A stretch of 64,000 nucleotides of DNA from an uncultured Actinomycetes bacterium (GTDB lineage Bacteria > Actinomycetota > UBA4738 > HRBIN12), in NCBI GenBank assembly GCA_963704885.1, contig CAVPIB010000001.1, positions 352,001 to 416,000 on the forward strand, given 5' to 3'. Positions 59,771 through 64,000 of the stretch are shown here, piece after piece. The position numbers and the translations under genes are program-made. The number at the start of each line of letters is the position of its first letter. Positions within the stretch are counted from its first letter, which is position 1. The notes under the pieces were generated by a model. It was given only the letters and a program-made list of their open reading frames with translations, had not been told where the DNA came from and ran no database searches.

Positions 59771-60268
59771 CTACTTGCTAGGCGGCTGCTTCGTCTCCCC
59801 TGTGAGTCCGGGAAAGAGTTTGGGGGTGAATCGACCGGTCTTGCCGCCAGCGACGCGTCTCTTCGCAACGACGTACAGGATCGGGATGGCACCCAAACAG
59901 ATCGCCCCCGCTGCGAGAAGGAACGCGAAGTATGCGACGACGGTTTCTCCTGCGGAGAGCCTGCGTGCCCCCTCATAGATGGCATAGGCCGACCCCGCGA
60001 ATGGGACGATCGCGGCGAGCATCAACTGCGCCGTGTTGTCGGATGAGTCAGAAGCGGAAGACGGCCAGTTCCCTCTACTCAGCCAACGAGAGACAGCAAC
60101 CAGGATGCCCACAGCACCCAAGAATAGGAACAACAGGGAATTCGTGATTCCCTGCGTCACTGCGATTAGCGTGCCCGCAGCAAGTCCAGCGACGCCTAGC
60201 CACAAGACACCCCAGGGTGGCACCCGGTTGGACTCTTGCAGTGGTGCCGTCGGACGATTCGCAGTCAT
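59771..60268 (-). CDS. Four-TM membrane protein, putative immunity for the second RHS
   Basis: GGAGG SD; 77 nt after the RHS stop; atypical codon usage. Confidence 0.7.
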   Translation of the reverse strand: MTANRPTAPLQESNRVPPWGVLWLGVAGLAAGTLIAVTQGITNSLLFLFLGAVGILVAVSRWLSRGNWPSSASDSSDNTAQLMLAAIVPFAGSAYAIYEGARRLSAGETVVAYFAFLLAAGAICLGAIPILYVVAKRRVAGGKTGRFTPKLFPGLTGETKQPPSK

Positions 60269-60345
60269 GATGCAGTACCTCCCTTGTCTGGCACCTTAGC
60301 TATCGACGGAACCTCCTTCCAGCTTGACTCTCGATGAGAGGCTGC

Positions 60346-63300
60346 TTAGGGAGTTTGGTATTCCACTGGCGTCAGGAGCGAAACGCCGCAGCCCAGGAGG
60401 AAAGAACCCGCTTCCACCAAAGGTGCGCCCGGACCGGTCAATACTCCCACCGGGGCGGTAGCGATTGCCCACTGAGCACCCCCGTATTCGCATTGCGTCA
60501 GCTTGAGCAGAAACCCTGCCCAATCCACTTGACTGACACCATCGTGAAGTGACCCAGCGGGATCCAAGAGAATCTCGTTGGCAACACTCCAGCAACTTAC
60601 GCCTCCGCAGATCCCCAACCCTCCCTGCTGGGCAGCTCGGCCTTCTGGATCAACCAGCGTCGTGGGTCGCGCCCAGGCGTAGACGTATTGTCCCGCGGTC
60701 GGCGCCAAGGGCGGAGGCTGCTCGGGGTCTAACTGTAGGAAACGGCCCGTTCCCGGGTCGTACATCCGCGCGCGAAGGTCGTAAAGGTTGTCGACCGTGT
60801 CGATGAGCTGACCGTTGAACCTCATGAGGTTGATTGGGGCACCGGACGCATTAGACGAAGACCGTACAGCTCCGTAAGGCTCATAGGTATAGGTCCGCTG
60901 GGTGACCCCTGTTGAGTTGACGAGGTTGGCAGTCGAGCCGAGCGGGTCACCGAGGTAGTAGAAGGCGTTGGACGCGGTCGTCGACTCTGCAACCAGATCC
61001 ACTCCGTACGCGTATCGGCGGAGTAGGGCGTTGTTGCCGTTGCGCTCGATCGCCAGTATGGGCAACCCGGCATTCACATCCCAGAGGTAGTTCACGTTGG
61101 TAGCCGCCGTCGTGCCCCAGGAATCCTTCAGCCTGTTGCCGTCACCGTCGTAGGAGTACGTATGGGTAGTCGAGCCTGAGGCCGTGGTGAGCAGACGATT
61201 CTCGAGGTCGTAGGTGAACGTTCGGGTTCCAGCCGAGGCTTCATTCCCATTTACGCCGTAGGAGCAGGTTCGAAGCGCTGTCGTAGCTCCAGGTGAAGGT
61301 GTTCGTTCCCCGGACTGCTTGGGTCAACCGATTCAAGGCGTCGTACGTGTACGCGACCGACCCTTGTCCATCCGTCATCGACGTGCGATTCGAGTTCGCG
61401 TCATAGCCGAATGTGGCGTTCGGGGTCGTGGGGGCGTTCGAGTACGTGATCCCAGTGAGCCGGTTGATCTGGTCGTGCGCGAACGTGATGGACCCTGAGG
61501 GGAGGGTCTTCGTCACCACGTTCCCGGAGAAGTCGTATCCGAACGACCAGACCTTCGTCAGCGGCGAGGTCACCGACGAGAGCCGGTTCGAGTCGTCGTA
61601 CGCATACAGCCACGTACGGCTGTTCGGATCGAGTCGCGACGTCAGATTGTTGTTCCAGTCATACGCATAGCTCGTGACGATCGAACTCGGCGCCGTCACC
61701 GTGGTCAGGTTCCGGTTGTTGTCGTAGAGCCAGGACGATGGTCTGGCTCTTGGCGTCGGTGCGCGACGTGAGGTTCCCCGCTGGGTCGAAGACGTAGCTT
61801 GTTGCGTTGGCGAGCGGGTCGGTCTGCGGTGAGCAGGTGATCGGCGTTGTCGTAGGTGAACGTCCACGTGTAATCGGCAGGAGTTCTGGCCGGCAACGTT
61901 GCCACGTGGATCTACCCTGGAGGTCATGCGACCCGAGCCGTCGTAACCCATCGTGGTGAGGTTGCCAAGCGGATCCGTCATGGACGTCAAGTTGCCAGAC
62001 GTGTATCCGAAGAGCGTGGTCTTGTTCCGTGGATCGGTGAGCGACGTGAGGAGACCGCTTCCTGCCGGATCGCGGCCGAACTGCGTGACGATGCTTCCGG
62101 GCTGCGTGATCGAAGTCAGGTTCCCGGCGGCGTCGTAGCTGTAGGTCGTCGAGTTGCCCCGAGCATCCTGCACACTCGCGACGTCATTGCGGGCGTTGTA
62201 GGTGTAGACGGTCTGATAGGAAAGTGGGGCTGGATCGGTCTTCGTGAGCATGTTGCCGGCGGGGTCGTAGGTGAACGACGTCGTGAAGCCGCGCGGATCC
62301 GTAACGCTCGTGACGTTCAGTGCGGTGTCGTAGGTGTAGGAGGTCGTGTTACCGAGTGGGTCGATCCGTTGCATCAGGTGGCCTTTGGCATAGACGTCGC
62401 GCCAGATCTTGCCTCGGGCGTCGGTGAACGTCGAGGTCTCGGTCAGCGGATCCCAAGCAAAAGTGCTGGCGTAGCCGCGCCCGTCGGTCTGCTGACTGAT
62501 CCGCTCATCGGGGCCGTAGACATTGGACACGATCACGTGGTTGTTCTGATCCGTGATCGTCGCGAGCAAGTCGCCCGAGTCGTAGGTGTACGTCGTCGTT
62601 CCGCCCCGAGCGTCGGTGACGCTCGTGAGGAGTCCGTTCGTGTAGGCATAGTCCACATGTCGACCGTCGGGGAGTGTGACCTGGGTGAGCTTGTCGGCGG
62701 TGATCGTGAGCGTGATCTGGCGTCCGACCGAGTCCGTGATCTGCGTGAGATAGCCGGCCGTGTACGAGAACGTCAGTCCTTGGTCGTTGCGGTCCTTGAG
62801 GGACGTGAGTCGGCCTGCCGCGTCGAACCTGTACACCACTTGATCTCGACGCGTCAGCTTGTATGTGCCATCGCCAAGCAACACGAGCCCGTCCGTGACA
62901 CCTGCCGCGGCCCGGAAGGTCGCATCCGGTTGCTGCGTGAAGCCCAACTGTTGACCGTCCTCAGCCCTTAGAAGCGAGAACGTGGGCGTGATATCCAGCG
63001 AGACCGCGTAGCTGTTGGTCCAGCCCCGGCCCATGACGCCGGTCGAAGGATCGGCCGAGTTGTAGCTGCGACTGAATTCGAAGGGGATACCGATCCCCGG
63101 CAGTCGAAGATCCGTACTGGATGTGAAGTAGGAGCCCGTGGCGGTATTGACTGGCTCGGCGACCAGCGCCCCGGGGCATCGCCCGTGGCTTCCCCCGAGG
63201 CAGTCACCGTAGAGTTGACCAGCCGGAACGGTGTTTCCCTCCCCGCCTCCCGGCCACCAGTGCTCCGGGTACGGCGGATAACCCACCTCGGAATGTGCTG

Positions 63301-63770
63301 ACTCGACCTTGCATGGCACGGGAGATCCCGGGGATGTCACCAGCATCGTGCAGCTGTTCACGACGATCGTGCTGAACAGCGTCTGGGTTCCGGAGTTGAA
63401 GTTCGACATCCGGAAGAGGCCGCCCTCGTTCTCATCGCACGTGAACGTGATCCCAGGGATCGTGCACAAACTCCAGTCGAAGCTCCAAACATGGGGGATG
63501 CCGTTCGCTGACCCAAAGAGATTGACCACGGCGATCGGAGCGGTCGTTGGGCCGTACTGGCAGGACGCCCAGTAGTTCTCCCCGCCCGTCGTTACATTTG
63601 TCGCGTTGAAGTTGCAGTAGGCCGTGAACCCATCGGGGTCGGGTGGCCCACCGTGTCCTCCCATGAGCGAGCGCGGACGGCGTTGTCGGCATGCCGATCG
63701 CCGTGACCATCAGTGCGATGAGGATGAGGACCAAACGCCGCGCTGGCGGACGCACTACGGATCTTGACAT
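60346..63770 (-). pseudogene. Second secreted RHS/YD-repeat toxin, frameshifted and apparently internally deleted
   Basis: Signal peptide from 63770, Cys-rich N-domain, EPVNTATG..FSRSYNS, YD repeats, core YDLRARMYDP.TGRF..PTTLVDPEG; frame breaks near 63661, 61880, 61830, 61740 and 61260. Confidence 0.88.
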
Positions 63771-63819
63771 TCAACTCCCCGACGGTCGAGCGGGCAACTC
63801 GTGGGGGAAGTCGAGCGCA

Positions 63820-63848
63820 AGTAAACAAGACGGGCGTACTCCTGTCAA
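63820..63848 (-). promoter_or_regulatory. Housekeeping-type promoter for the second RHS gene
   Basis: TTGACA-17 bp-TTTACT on the minus strand, 50 nt upstream of the start. Confidence 0.5.
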
Positions 63849-64000
63849 AGCGGCTGCCGAAAGCGCATCGATCTAGATCGCGGGATCCCACCAGAGCGTC
63901 ACGACCGTTCGCTCGCTCAGCGGGGCCGACGTCCCATAGGTCGTCGATCTGACGGAGCCTGCTGCCTAGCTGCTCGGCGATCTCGGGGTCGCGCTCCGCG

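Noticed and set aside
63860-64000. Possible 3' end of a minus-strand gene (AERDPEIAEQLGSRLRQIDDLWD)
   Set aside because: Truncated by the window edge; frame and stop cannot be fixed

Overview
High-GC actinobacterial chromosomal window, probably from an uncultured lineage and a long-read assembly, since several single-base indels break otherwise intact genes. The backbone holds a stand-alone rpsD, tRNA-Pro(CGG) and the conserved ponA/yqeY/metallophosphoesterase/whiB/ridA/NUDIX/MBL/crp neighbourhood. That neighbourhood is interrupted by selB-selA-nuoD-BNR-midA. Also present are adnAB, uvrD2, an OmpR-type two-component pair, a polyamine-type ABC importer lacking its ATPase, and a MoxR-like ATPase with a VWA partner. 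Accessory DNA includes two signal-peptide-bearing RHS toxin-immunity loci (one intact with an IS3 remnant beside it, one broken), a DUF11 surface protein and a decayed lipoprotein cassette. The best candidate for an undescribed system is at 39.3-42.7 kb: an unannotated 27-aa peptide gene (MKTLKRIAIALGALLAVALAGGAHWKV, 40888-40971, minus strand, strong SD and its own terminator) between two paralogous multi-TM HisKA_3 sensor kinases, which looks like a peptide-signalling cassette. Other notable items are an apparently nested set of CBM-like domains in the RHS N-terminus, an ADP-ribosylglycohydrolase lacking its metal ligands, a lone nuoD near its putative methyltransferase MidA, and widespread leaderless gene starts. 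All family calls are from motif recognition by eye; no searches were run.
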